From the NCBI GenBank assembly GCA_036257215.1, contig DATAGA010000195.1:1-30829 (forward strand): 30,829 bases of DNA, given 5' to 3'. The stretch comes from Myxococcota bacterium. Lineage in GTDB: Bacteria > Myxococcota_A > UBA9160 > UBA6930. Both the position numbers and the translations under genes were made by a program. This document shows, one piece after another, positions 8,385-16,399 of this stretch; within the stretch, counting starts at the first letter, position 1; every line of letters starts with the position of its first letter. Under the pieces are notes generated by a model. The model was not told where the DNA came from. It worked only from the letters and a program-made list of their open reading frames with translations, and ran no database searches.

Positions 8385-10144
8385 GCGAGGCGCGCGCGCA
8401 CCCGTCCGCGCCGCCGGCGCAGGGCGCGGCAGCGGCGCCCGTCGCGGCCGCGCGCGCGGTGCGGCGCCGCGACGTCGCCCTGCTCCTCGCGCTCGCAGCC
8501 TTGCTCGTACTGCCGAACCTCGGCGGACCGCGACTGTGGTCGGACGAAGGCGACACCGCGGTGTTCGCCCGCACGATCCTCGCGCGCGGGCTGCCGTACG
8601 CGTGGGACGGCCGCACGTTCACCGAGAGCGATCGCGGGCGCCGGCTGAACGAGGACCTCCTCATGGTCGGGACGCCGTGGCTGCCGTACTACGCGACGGC
8701 CGCCTCGTTCGCCGCGCTCGGCGAGTCGGCGTTCTCCGCGCGCCTGCCCTTCGCGCTGTGCGCGGTGGCGGCGGTTGCGCTGCTCTACCTGCTCGTCGCG
8801 GACCTGACCCGCGACCGGCGCGCCGCGCTCGCCGCCGCGCTGCTCCTCCTCGCGTCCGTCCAGTTCCTGCTCTTCGCGCGCCAATCCCGCCACTACGCGC
8901 CCAACGCGCTCGGGACGCTCGCGGTGCTGTGGGGCTTCGCGCGCCTGCGCGTGCGGCCGCGCTCCCCGGTCTTCGCGGCCAGCTCCATCCTGCTCTTCCA
9001 CGTACACCCGCTGCCCGCTGCGGCGACGCTCGCCGGCTCCGCGTTCGCGGCGCTCGTCCACCCGGACTTCGCGCGGGCGCGCCGCCCCCTGCTCGCGTGG
9101 AGCGGGGCGATCGCGCTCGGCACGCTCCCCTGGCTCGCGATCGCGTGGACCGGCTGGGAGGAGAACTCGAGCGCCCTCGCGCGCGCGGGGGAGCTCCCCG
9201 TGCGGCTGGCGCAGGCAGGGGTCGAGGCGGCCGAGGCGGTGCCCCTCCTCGGCTGGCTCGCGCTCTTCCTCGCCGGGCGGCGGCGGCTCGCGCGCGGCGA
9301 CGGCGCCTTCCTCGCGCTCGCGCTGCCTTGCATCGCAGCGTTCGTCGCGCTGCTCGCGCTCGCGCTCTCGGTGGGCGAGCTCTTCGCGCTCGGGCTGCGT
9401 TACGCGGTCGGCGTCCTGCCGCTCGCCGCGGGCGTCACCGGCGTCCTCGCCGTGCGCGCGGCCGGGGCGAGCCGCTGGCGGCTGGCCGCGCTCCTCGCCC
9501 TCTTCGCCGCGACGCACGTGCCGGGCGCGACGGCGCTCTACCTCACGCTCGCGCGCGACTCGGCGCGCGACCAGACGGGTGTCCTCTTCCACGAGCCGAG
9601 GGGCGCCCTCGGGCCGTGGCTGAGAGTGGAATGGCTCGGCTATCCGCGCGAGCTCGTCGAGAGCGATCCGGGCACGGTCTCCCACGTCGTCGCGTACCTC
9701 GCGGAGCACGCGGAGCCGGAGGACATCCTCGTCACCAACTACGAGTGGGAGCCGCTCTACTTCCACACCCGCCTGCCCCAGGGCTACAAGGTGCTGCCCG
9801 ACTACGACCTCTACGAGGCCGCGCGCGCGCACGGGCTTCCCGACCACGCCTTCGACGCGGGCGCGGCGCGCTGGGTCGTGTGGCGGCCTCCCGCGGAGGG
9901 CTACCAGGGCTACCGCTTCGCCGACGTGCGCGCCGCGGTGGAGTCCCGCGGCCGGCGACTCGAGCCCGTCGCAACGGTCCCCGAGACGCTCTGGGAGAAC
10001 CGACCCGAGCTCCACTTCCACCGCTTCCCGGGCGTCCGTTACCTCTACCCGGTCGACGTCCTGCGCTCGGGCTACGGGCACGGCGGCCCCGCGCGGATCT
10101 ACCGCGTCGAGGCAGGAGCTCCTTCGCCTTCGCCGAGCCCCTGA
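8381..10144 (+). CDS. ArnT/PMT-like GT-C glycosyltransferase, 587 aa; paralog of 4102..5952
   Basis: GTGA overlap with the YfhO stop; LWSDEGDTAVFAR, GTPWLPYY, ARLPFAL, ETLWENRPEL. This is the C-terminal part of track ORF 5690..10144. Confidence 0.85.
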   Translation: MSEARAHPSAPPAQGAAAAPVAAARAVRRRDVALLLALAALLVLPNLGGPRLWSDEGDTAVFARTILARGLPYAWDGRTFTESDRGRRLNEDLLMVGTPWLPYYATAASFAALGESAFSARLPFALCAVAAVALLYLLVADLTRDRRAALAAALLLLASVQFLLFARQSRHYAPNALGTLAVLWGFARLRVRPRSPVFAASSILLFHVHPLPAAATLAGSAFAALVHPDFARARRPLLAWSGAIALGTLPWLAIAWTGWEENSSALARAGELPVRLAQAGVEAAEAVPLLGWLALFLAGRRRLARGDGAFLALALPCIAAFVALLALALSVGELFALGLRYAVGVLPLAAGVTGVLAVRAAGASRWRLAALLALFAATHVPGATALYLTLARDSARDQTGVLFHEPRGALGPWLRVEWLGYPRELVESDPGTVSHVVAYLAEHAEPEDILVTNYEWEPLYFHTRLPQGYKVLPDYDLYEAARAHGLPDHAFDAGAARWVVWRPPAEGYQGYRFADVRAAVESRGRRLEPVATVPETLWENRPELHFHRFPGVRYLYPVDVLRSGYGHGGPARIYRVEAGAPSPSPSP

Positions 10145-10548
10145 GCGTTCGGCTCCAGCCGCTCGAGCCGCTGGCGCAGGAGCGCCACCTCCTGCGCCAG
10201 GTCGCGGATGTGGCCCGAGGCCTGCGAGATCCGCACCGCGTAGTTGAGGCAGATCGCGACGAGGAAGAACTCGCCCAGCATGAACAGCGTCGCGCTGATC
10301 GTCCAGGCGCCGAGCGCGCGCGTGAGCCAGCGCAGCAGGTCGAGGTTCAGGGCGACGAGCAGCGTGCCGAAGGCGACCGCCATCCAGATGGGCGTGTACT
10401 CGGCGCGCAGCGTGCGCCGCCGCACGAGCGCGAGCACCACCGCCGCGAGCGAGAGGGCGAACAGCAGCGCCACGAGGCGCACCGCGCCCGACTCGGGGGC
10501 GTGGAGGAAGAGCTGGCGCAGCTCGGCGAGCCGCTCGGCGTCCGTCAT
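10099..10548 (-). CDS. DUF2304-family small membrane protein, 149 aa
   Basis: ATG 10548 has GAGGAG 6 nt upstream. Three hydrophobic helices (LVRRRTLRAEYTPIW...) and a C-terminal coiled tail (IRDLAQEVALL); lies directly downstream of a GT2 gene. Confidence 0.8.
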   Translation of the reverse strand: MTDAERLAELRQLFLHAPESGAVRLVALLFALSLAAVVLALVRRRTLRAEYTPIWMAVAFGTLLVALNLDLLRWLTRALGAWTISATLFMLGEFFLVAICLNYAVRISQASGHIRDLAQEVALLRQRLERLEPNAQGLGEGEGAPASTR

Positions 10549-10554
10549 GCGGGT

Positions 10555-10560
10555 CTCCTC
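10555..10560 (-). promoter_or_regulatory. Shine-Dalgarno GAGGAG overlapping the GT2 stop codon
   Basis: TGAGGAG-N6-ATG on the minus strand. Confidence 0.7.
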
Positions 10561-11239
10561 ATCGACGGGACTCGGCCCAGAGGGACATGAGCATCTTGTA
10601 GACGTAGTAGAAGTCGCGCGTGCCACCGTGCAGCGTCGAGGCGCGCGTGCTCTCGCGCATCCGCACGGGCACCTCGCGGATGCGAAGGCCCCGCCGCGCG
10701 GCCGCGACCAGCACGTCGACGTCGGGGTAGTCGGGCGGGAAGAAGGGCTCGCAGTAGAGCGCGAGCACGCGCCGGTTCATCGCCTGGAAGCCGGAGGTCG
10801 GGTCGCTCACCGCCACCCCGGCCAGCCGGCCGAGCCGGGCGAAGAGCTGCCGCCCGAGCGCCTTCACCGGCCCCATCCGGTAGTCCGACTTCTCGACGAA
10901 GCGCGAGCCGATCGCCAGGTCGCACTCGCCGCTCGCGACCGGCGCCGCCACGCGCGGGATCTCGGTAGGGTCGTGCTGGCCGTCGGCGTCGAGCTGGACG
11001 AGGAGCTCGGCGCCGCTGCGCAGCGCGTACTTGTAGAGCGTCTGGAGCGCCGCGCCGTAGCCGAGGTTGAACGGATGGCGCAGCACGCTCGCGCCGCAGC
11101 GCGCGGCCGCGTCGCCCGTCCCGTCGGCCGAACCGTCGTCGACGACGGCGATCTCGGCGCCGGGCGCCGCGCGCGCCACCGCCGCGAGGACCGCGGGGAG
11201 CCGCTCGGCCTCGTTGTATGCGGGCAGGCCGACGATCAC
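10559..11239 (-). CDS. GT2 glycosyltransferase, DPM1/PpgS-like polyprenyl-phosphate sugar synthase (226 aa; alternative start 11254)
   Basis: PAYNE, VVDDGS, NLGYGAA, QLDADGQH, IGSRF, DPTSGF, YPD motifs. GTG 11239 overlaps the methyltransferase TGA. Confidence 0.9.
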   Translation of the reverse strand: MIVGLPAYNEAERLPAVLAAVARAAPGAEIAVVDDGSADGTGDAAARCGASVLRHPFNLGYGAALQTLYKYALRSGAELLVQLDADGQHDPTEIPRVAAPVASGECDLAIGSRFVEKSDYRMGPVKALGRQLFARLGRLAGVAVSDPTSGFQAMNRRVLALYCEPFFPPDYPDVDVLVAAARRGLRIREVPVRMRESTRASTLHGGTRDFYYVYKMLMSLWAESRR

Positions 11240-11964
11240 GCCGGCCGCGACCACGCGACGGTGAGGTAGCGGTTGGTGAACCCGTATCGCAGCGTCGCCG
11301 CGAGCCGGCGCAGCGCCGCGCGCGGATGCATCGCGTAGTAGCGCAGCAGGTCGGGGCGCATGTCGGCGAGCCGCTCCTCGCGGCGCGCGAGCGTCGCGAA
11401 GAGCGGCACCGGCTGGACCTGGCGCAGCGACGCCTGCGCGGCGAGCCGGTGGGGTGCGAACAGCCGCCCGAACGAGCGCTCGGTGAAGTCGTGCAGGTGG
11501 TGGAGGTTGACGTCGGCCGAGGGCGTCGTCGGCGCCGAGGCGACGAGGACGCCGCCCGGGCGCAACAGCCCGACGAGGTGCGCCACGAGGCGCTCGGGGT
11601 CGGGCACGTGCTCGATGGTCTCGAGCGAGACGATCGTGTCGAAGCCGACGGGGTCCGCGAACGCGAGCCCGTCGGAGACGACGAACTCGACCCCGTCGCG
11701 CGCATAGTGGGTACGCGCGTAGGCCACCGCGTCGTCGGCCACGTCGACGCCGAGCGCGCGCTCGAGCGCGGGCGCGAGATCCGCGACCAGGCGCGTCCCG
11801 TAGCCGACGCCGCAGGCCAGGTCGAGCAGACGCCCGGGGCGCGCGTGTCGCGCGGCGAAGCGGTAGCGCTCGAGGTGGAGCTCGAGCGTCTGGCGCCCGG
11901 TGGCGTCGTCGCGAGCGAGCTCGGCGGGGACCAGGCGCTCGAGGCTCCGCGCGTCGACGGGCAT
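11236..11964 (-). CDS. Class I SAM-dependent methyltransferase, 242 aa
   Basis: HLERYRFA, motif [23 protein letters not shown] 11964 is preferred because the track's TTG 12000 is part of a -35 box. Confidence 0.9.
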   Translation of the reverse strand: MPVDARSLERLVPAELARDDATGRQTLELHLERYRFAARHARPGRLLDLACGVGYGTRLVADLAPALERALGVDVADDAVAYARTHYARDGVEFVVSDGLAFADPVGFDTIVSLETIEHVPDPERLVAHLVGLLRPGGVLVASAPTTPSADVNLHHLHDFTERSFGRLFAPHRLAAQASLRQVQPVPLFATLARREERLADMRPDLLRYYAMHPRAALRRLAATLRYGFTNRYLTVAWSRPA

Positions 11965-11971
11965 CCGGCCG

Positions 11972-12000
11972 ATGCTACGCGCGAACCCCCGGGGGGTCAA
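11972..12000 (-). promoter_or_regulatory. Sigma70-type promoter TTGACC-N17-TAGCAT, 7 nt before ATG 11964
   Basis: Near-consensus boxes with an exact 17-nt spacer. Confidence 0.75.
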
Positions 12001-12021
12001 CGAGGTTCCCGCGAGGTTCCC
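12001..12021. repeat. Perfect 10-bp direct repeat CGAGGTTCCC x2 with 11-bp period
   Basis: Copies at 12001-12010 and 12012-12021, between divergent promoters. Confidence 0.8.
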
Positions 12022-12036
12022 GGGGTGGGCGGGCGC

Positions 12037-12042
12037 TACGTT
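12037..12042 (+). promoter_or_regulatory. Candidate -10 box TACGTT, 8 nt before GTG 12051
   Basis: TANNNT hexamer; no -35 consensus and no SD visible. Confidence 0.5.
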
Positions 12043-12050
12043 GCGGCGCC

Positions 12051-12758
12051 GTGACGGACCTCTCCTCGCTCACGCTCTCCGTCGTGGTCCCGTGCTTCAA
12101 CGAGGTCGCGACGCTCGAGCGCGTCGTGGACGCGGTGCGCGCGGCGCCCGTCCCGCGCAAGGAGATCATCCTCGTCGACGACGGCTCCACCGACGGCACT
12201 CGCGAGCTGATCCGCGAGAAGCTCGCCGACCGCGTGGACCGCGTCGTGCTGCACGAGCGCAACCAGGGCAAGGGCGCCGCGCTGCGCACCGGCTTCCGCG
12301 CAGCGACGGGGGACGTCGTCATCGTGCAGGACGCCGACCTCGAGTACGACCCGTCCGAGTACGCGAAGCTCCTGCGCCCCTTCGTCGAGAAGGGTGCCGA
12401 CGTCGTCTTCGGCTCGCGCTTCATCGGCGGCGAGTCCCACCGGGTGCTCTATTACTGGCACTACGTCGGCAACCGCCTCCTCACCACCCTCTCGAACGTC
12501 TTCACGAACCTGAACCTCACGGACATGGAGGTCTGCTACAAGCTCTTCCGCCGCGAGGTGCTCCAGCGCATCGAGCTCGAAGAGGACCGCTTCGGCTTCG
12601 AGCCCGAGATCACGGCCAAGGTGGCGAAGCTCCACTGCACGGTCTACGAGGTCGGCATCTCGTACTCGGGCCGCACCTACGCCGAAGGCAAGAAGATCGG
12701 CTGGCGCGACGGGCTCCGCGCGCTGTGGTGCATTCTCAAGTACAACGTGCTGCGTTGA
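12051..12758 (+). CDS. GT2 glycosyltransferase, DPM1-like polyprenyl-phosphate glycosyltransferase, 235 aa
   Basis: [69 protein letters not shown]. Confidence 0.92.
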   Translation: MTDLSSLTLSVVVPCFNEVATLERVVDAVRAAPVPRKEIILVDDGSTDGTRELIREKLADRVDRVVLHERNQGKGAALRTGFRAATGDVVIVQDADLEYDPSEYAKLLRPFVEKGADVVFGSRFIGGESHRVLYYWHYVGNRLLTTLSNVFTNLNLTDMEVCYKLFRREVLQRIELEEDRFGFEPEITAKVAKLHCTVYEVGISYSGRTYAEGKKIGWRDGLRALWCILKYNVLR

Positions 12759-12786
12759 GCGCGCCTTCGCAGCCATCCGGCGCTTC

Positions 12787-14967
12787 TCACAGGAAGTCGA
12801 GGTTCGCGAACCGCAGGATCACCGTCTTCACGCCCGCGCGGTCGAAGCGGATGCGGAGCTTGCGGCCGGGGCCGCTGCCCTGGCTCTCGAGCACGATCCC
12901 CTCGCCGAAGATCGGGTGACGCACGCGGGCGCCTCGGCCGCCGGCGGCAGGCTCGGAGGGCTCGTCCTGGCCGAGCGAGTAGTCGAGCACGCGGCCGCCC
13001 GGGCCGCCGGCGAAGCGGGGCGGCTCGGGCGCGTCCGGCGTCGAGCCGACGACGAGCGAGGCCGGGATCTCGGAGAGGAAGCGCGAAGGCGCACCGAACG
13101 CGACCGAGCCGTAGCGGCGGCGCTCCGTCGCCCACGTGAGCGTGAGGCGCTCCATCGCGCGCGTCATGCCGACGTAGCAGAGCCGACGCTCCTCCTCGAC
13201 GGAGCGGTCGTCGCGCGTCGCGCTCGCGTGCGGGAAGACGCCCTCCTCCATGCCGACGAGGTAGACGACGGGAAACTCGAGGCCTTTCGCCGAGTGGCCG
13301 GTCATGAGCGAGACGCGGTCGTGGCGGCCCTCGAACGCGTCGACGTCGGAGACGAGCGCCACCTGGTCGAGGTACTGCTCGAGCAGGCTGCGCTCGTCGT
13401 CCTCCGAGCCCTCGAAGTCCTCCGCTCCCGCGACGAGCTCGCGCAGGTTCTCGACCCGCGCCTCGGCCTCCGGCGTCCCCTCGCGCTCGAGCTCGCGCAG
13501 GTAGCCGGTGCGCTCGAGCGCGCGGCCGATCGCCTCGACGGGGAGCAGCGCGGCGACCTCCGCGCGCAGCGCGTCCAGGAGCCGCAGGAACTCCGCCACG
13601 CGCGGGCCCGAGCGTGCGCCCTCGGCGGCCGCGAGGCGCAGACCCTCGACGAGCGGGACGCGGCGCGCCTCGGCGAGCGCGGCGGCGCGCTCGACGGTGG
13701 CCTTGCCGATGCCCCGCGCGGGCACGTTCACGATGCGCCGCAGCGCCAGCGCGTCGCGCGGGTTCACGACGAGCCGGAGGTAGGCGAGCACGTCCTTCAC
13801 CTCGGCGCGCTCGTAGAACCGGATCCCTCCGACGAGCGCGTACGGCACGTCGTACTTGAGCAGCTCCTCCTCGAAGGGCCGCGACTGCGCGTTGGTGCGG
13901 TAGAAGACGGCGAAGTGGCCGAGGGGGCGGCCCTCGCTGCGCGCGCCCTGCAGGATGTCCTGCACGACGAACTGCGCCTCGTCGCGGTCGTCGCGGGCGC
14001 GGTAGAGCCGGATCGGCTCGCCTTCGCCGCGCTCGGCGCGCATGGTCTTCTCGCGTCGCGCCCGGTTGTTCGCGACGACGGCGTCGGCGCCGGCCAGGAT
14101 CGGGCGCGTCGAGCGGTAGTTGCGGTCGAGCGTCACGACGCGCGCCTCGGGGAAGTCGCGCTCGAAGTCGAGGATGTTGCGCACGTCCGCGCCGCGCCAG
14201 CCGTAGATCGACTGGTCGACGTCGCCGACGACGCAGAGGTTGCGGTGCTCCGCGGCCAGCTGCGTCACGAGCCGGTACTGCACGCGGTTCGTGTCCTGGT
14301 ACTCGTCGACGAGCACGTACTGCCAGCGCTCGCGGTAGCGGGCCAGGACGTCCGGGTGCTGCGCGAAGAGGTCGGTCACGAGCAGGAGGAGATCGCCGAA
14401 GTCGAGCGCGTTGGCCTCGGCGAGGAGCGCCTGGTAGGTCCGGTAGAGGACGGCGATCCGCTCGTCGTCGACGTCGCGGGCGCGCGCCGCCGCCTCGTCC
14501 GGGCGCAGCCCGACGTTCTTCCACTGGTCGATGCGCCAGTGCGCGCGACGCGCGTCGGGCCCCCGCGCGTCGGCGCCGTGGCGACGCAGCGCCTCGCGCA
14601 GCACCGCCTGGGACTCGCCGTCGTCGTAGATCACGAAGCTGCGGGGCCGGCCCAGCCGCTCGATGTCCCGGCGCAGGATGCGCACGCAGCTCGAGTGGAA
14701 CGTCGACACCCAGAGCCCGGCGGCGTCGGGCCCGAGCAGCTTCGCGACCCGCTCGCGCATCTCGGACGCCGCCTTGTTCGTGAACGTCACCGCGAGGATC
14801 GCCTCGGGCGCGATGCCGCACGCGGCGATCAGCCACGCGATCCGGTGCGTGAGCACGCGGGTCTTGCCGCTGCCCGCGCCGGCCAGCACGAGCAGCGGCC
14901 CCTCGGTGGCCTGCACCGCCTCGCGCTGCTCGGGATTGAGGTCCGCGACGATGGCGTCGGCGAGCAA
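12787..14967 (-). CDS. uvrD: ATP-dependent DNA helicase UvrD/PcrA (726 aa from TTG 14967)
   Basis: LNPEQ Q-motif, AGAGSGKT Walker A, VDEYQD, VGDVDQSIYGWRGA, NYRS, HSAKGLEF, EERRLCYVGMTRA, and a C-terminal Tudor-like RVRHPIFGEG domain. The start is inferred from SD GAGAGGA (14978-14984) and a -10 box. Confidence 0.95.
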   Translation of the reverse strand: MLADAIVADLNPEQREAVQATEGPLLVLAGAGSGKTRVLTHRIAWLIAACGIAPEAILAVTFTNKAASEMRERVAKLLGPDAAGLWVSTFHSSCVRILRRDIERLGRPRSFVIYDDGESQAVLREALRRHGADARGPDARRAHWRIDQWKNVGLRPDEAAARARDVDDERIAVLYRTYQALLAEANALDFGDLLLLVTDLFAQHPDVLARYRERWQYVLVDEYQDTNRVQYRLVTQLAAEHRNLCVVGDVDQSIYGWRGADVRNILDFERDFPEARVVTLDRNYRSTRPILAGADAVVANNRARREKTMRAERGEGEPIRLYRARDDRDEAQFVVQDILQGARSEGRPLGHFAVFYRTNAQSRPFEEELLKYDVPYALVGGIRFYERAEVKDVLAYLRLVVNPRDALALRRIVNVPARGIGKATVERAAALAEARRVPLVEGLRLAAAEGARSGPRVAEFLRLLDALRAEVAALLPVEAIGRALERTGYLRELEREGTPEAEARVENLRELVAGAEDFEGSEDDERSLLEQYLDQVALVSDVDAFEGRHDRVSLMTGHSAKGLEFPVVYLVGMEEGVFPHASATRDDRSVEEERRLCYVGMTRAMERLTLTWATERRRYGSVAFGAPSRFLSEIPASLVVGSTPDAPEPPRFAGGPGGRVLDYSLGQDEPSEPAAGGRGARVRHPIFGEGIVLESQGSGPGRKLRIRFDRAGVKTVILRFANLDFL

Positions 14968-15006
14968 CGGCGCGTCGTCCTCTCGGGAGGAGATCGGGGC
15001 CGGCAG

Positions 15007-15012
15007 AACGTA
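15007..15012 (-). promoter_or_regulatory. Candidate -10 box TACGTT for uvrD
   Basis: TANNNT about 40 nt upstream of TTG 14967, with an SD in between. Confidence 0.4.
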
Positions 15013-15047
15013 GGCGAGCTGCGCGGGCTGCGCCCGCGGTCCGCGGC

Positions 15048-15053
15048 TAGCGT
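15048..15053 (+). promoter_or_regulatory. Candidate -10 box TAGCGT, 8 nt before ATG 15062
   Basis: Same hexamer and spacing as at 5961-5966; no SD visible. Confidence 0.5.
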
Positions 15054-15061
15054 CTGCCGCC

Positions 15062-16399
15062 ATGCGACGGCTGGCCGTGCTCGCCCTGCTCGTCGGTGCG
15101 GCGGCGGCCGGTGCCTGGCTCGCGTGCGCAGCGCGCGAGCGCCCGCGCAACCTCGTTTTGCTCTCGATCGACACGCTCCGGCGCGACCGGCTCGGCGCGT
15201 ATGGCTACGACCGCCCGACCTCGCCGGTCCTCGACGCGCTCGCGGCGCGCGGCGTCGTGTTCGAGGGCGCGAGCGCGCCGAGCTCGTGGACCGTGCCCTC
15301 CCACGGCTCGCTCCTCACCGGCCTCTCGCCGCAGGCGCACGGCGCGACCGGCGCCGTCCAGCGCCTCGACCCGCGGGCCGAGACGCTCGCGGGCTGGCTG
15401 CGCCAGCACGGCTACGCCACCGCGGCCGTGGTCAACACGGTGCTGCTCAGCGCGAAGCGGGGCTTCGCCGGCGGCTTCGACCACTTCGAGCTCGTGCTCG
15501 GCCCCGAGCCCGCCGCGCCCGAGATCCACGCGCGCGCGCTGCGCTGGCTCGACGGCGCGCGCGAGCGGCGGCCGTTCTTCCTCTTCCTCCACTACTACGA
15601 CGTGCACAGCGACTATGCGCCCGCTCCGGCGTACCGCGAGCTCCTGGTCTCGCCGTATCGCGGCCCCGCGGACGGGACGACGGAGCAGCTCAAGGCGGCG
15701 CGGCTCGGCAGGCTGTCGCTCGCTCCGGACGACGCGCGCCACCTCTCCGAGCTCTACGACGCGGAGATCCGCCAGCTGGACGACGAGCTCGGCCGCTTCT
15801 TCGCGGCGCTCGAAGAGCGCGGGCTCCTCGCGGACACCGCGATCGTCGTGACGTCGGACCACGGCGAGGAGTTCGGCGAGCACGGCGGCGTGCTGCACGG
15901 GCGGACGCTCTACGGCGAGCTCGTGGACGTGCCCCTCATCCTGGCCGGCCCGGGCGTGCCGGCCGGCCGGCGCGTCTCGGGGCCCGCGTCGCTGCTCGAC
16001 GTCTTCCCGACCGTGACGGCGCTGCTCGGGGTCCCCGCGCCGCCCTATGTGGAGGGCACCGATCTCTGGTCGGACGGAGCGCTGCGCCCGCCCGCGGCGC
16101 GCCCGCTCTTCTTCGCTACCGACTGGTGGCTCGGGCGCGCGGACGGCGAGTGGAAGCGCGCGGTCGAGCGCGATGGCTGGAAGCTCCACGTCGCGCACCC
16201 CGGGGCCGCCGCCGAGCTCTACGACCTCGGCGCCGACCCCGGCGAGCGGCGCAACGTCGCGGCCGACGAGCCCGCGCGCGTCGAGGCGCTGCGCGGCTTG
16301 CTCGCGCCGCTCCTCGGTCCGGCGCGCGGCGGCGCCGAGGGGCCGAAGCTCAGCGCGGAGGAGACGGAGGCGCTCCGGAGCCTCGGCTACCTCGAGTGA
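15062..16399 (+). CDS. Sulfatase-fold exported protein, 445 aa, with Thr at the formylglycine position
   Basis: Signal peptide (possible lipobox WLAC), IDTLRRD, SSWTVPSHGSLLTG, HYYDVHSDY, TSDHGEEF, LYDLGADPGE, LRSLGYLE. Confidence 0.88.
   Translation: MRRLAVLALLVGAAAAGAWLACAARERPRNLVLLSIDTLRRDRLGAYGYDRPTSPVLDALAARGVVFEGASAPSSWTVPSHGSLLTGLSPQAHGATGAVQRLDPRAETLAGWLRQHGYATAAVVNTVLLSAKRGFAGGFDHFELVLGPEPAAPEIHARALRWLDGARERRPFFLFLHYYDVHSDYAPAPAYRELLVSPYRGPADGTTEQLKAARLGRLSLAPDDARHLSELYDAEIRQLDDELGRFFAALEERGLLADTAIVVTSDHGEEFGEHGGVLHGRTLYGELVDVPLILAGPGVPAGRRVSGPASLLDVFPTVTALLGVPAPPYVEGTDLWSDGALRPPAARPLFFATDWWLGRADGEWKRAVERDGWKLHVAHPGAAAELYDLGADPGERRNVAADEPARVEALRGLLAPLLGPARGGAEGPKLSAEETEALRSLGYLE

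Noticed and set aside
11965-12000. Track start TTG 12000 for the methyltransferase
   Set aside because: That TTG is the first half of the TTGACC -35 box; ATG 11964 fits the promoter geometry.
12051-12758. Lower GC appearance of the GT2 gene as a sign of horizontal transfer
   Set aside because: Third codon positions remain strongly G/C. The difference reflects Lys/Glu/Tyr-rich soluble protein composition, as in glmS.
15061-15064. CATG providing overlapping back-to-back ATGs for uvrD (15063) and the sulfatase-fold gene (15062)
   Set aside because: It would leave no room for promoters. TTG 14967 has an SD and an upstream -10 and lies just before the conserved LNPEQ motif.
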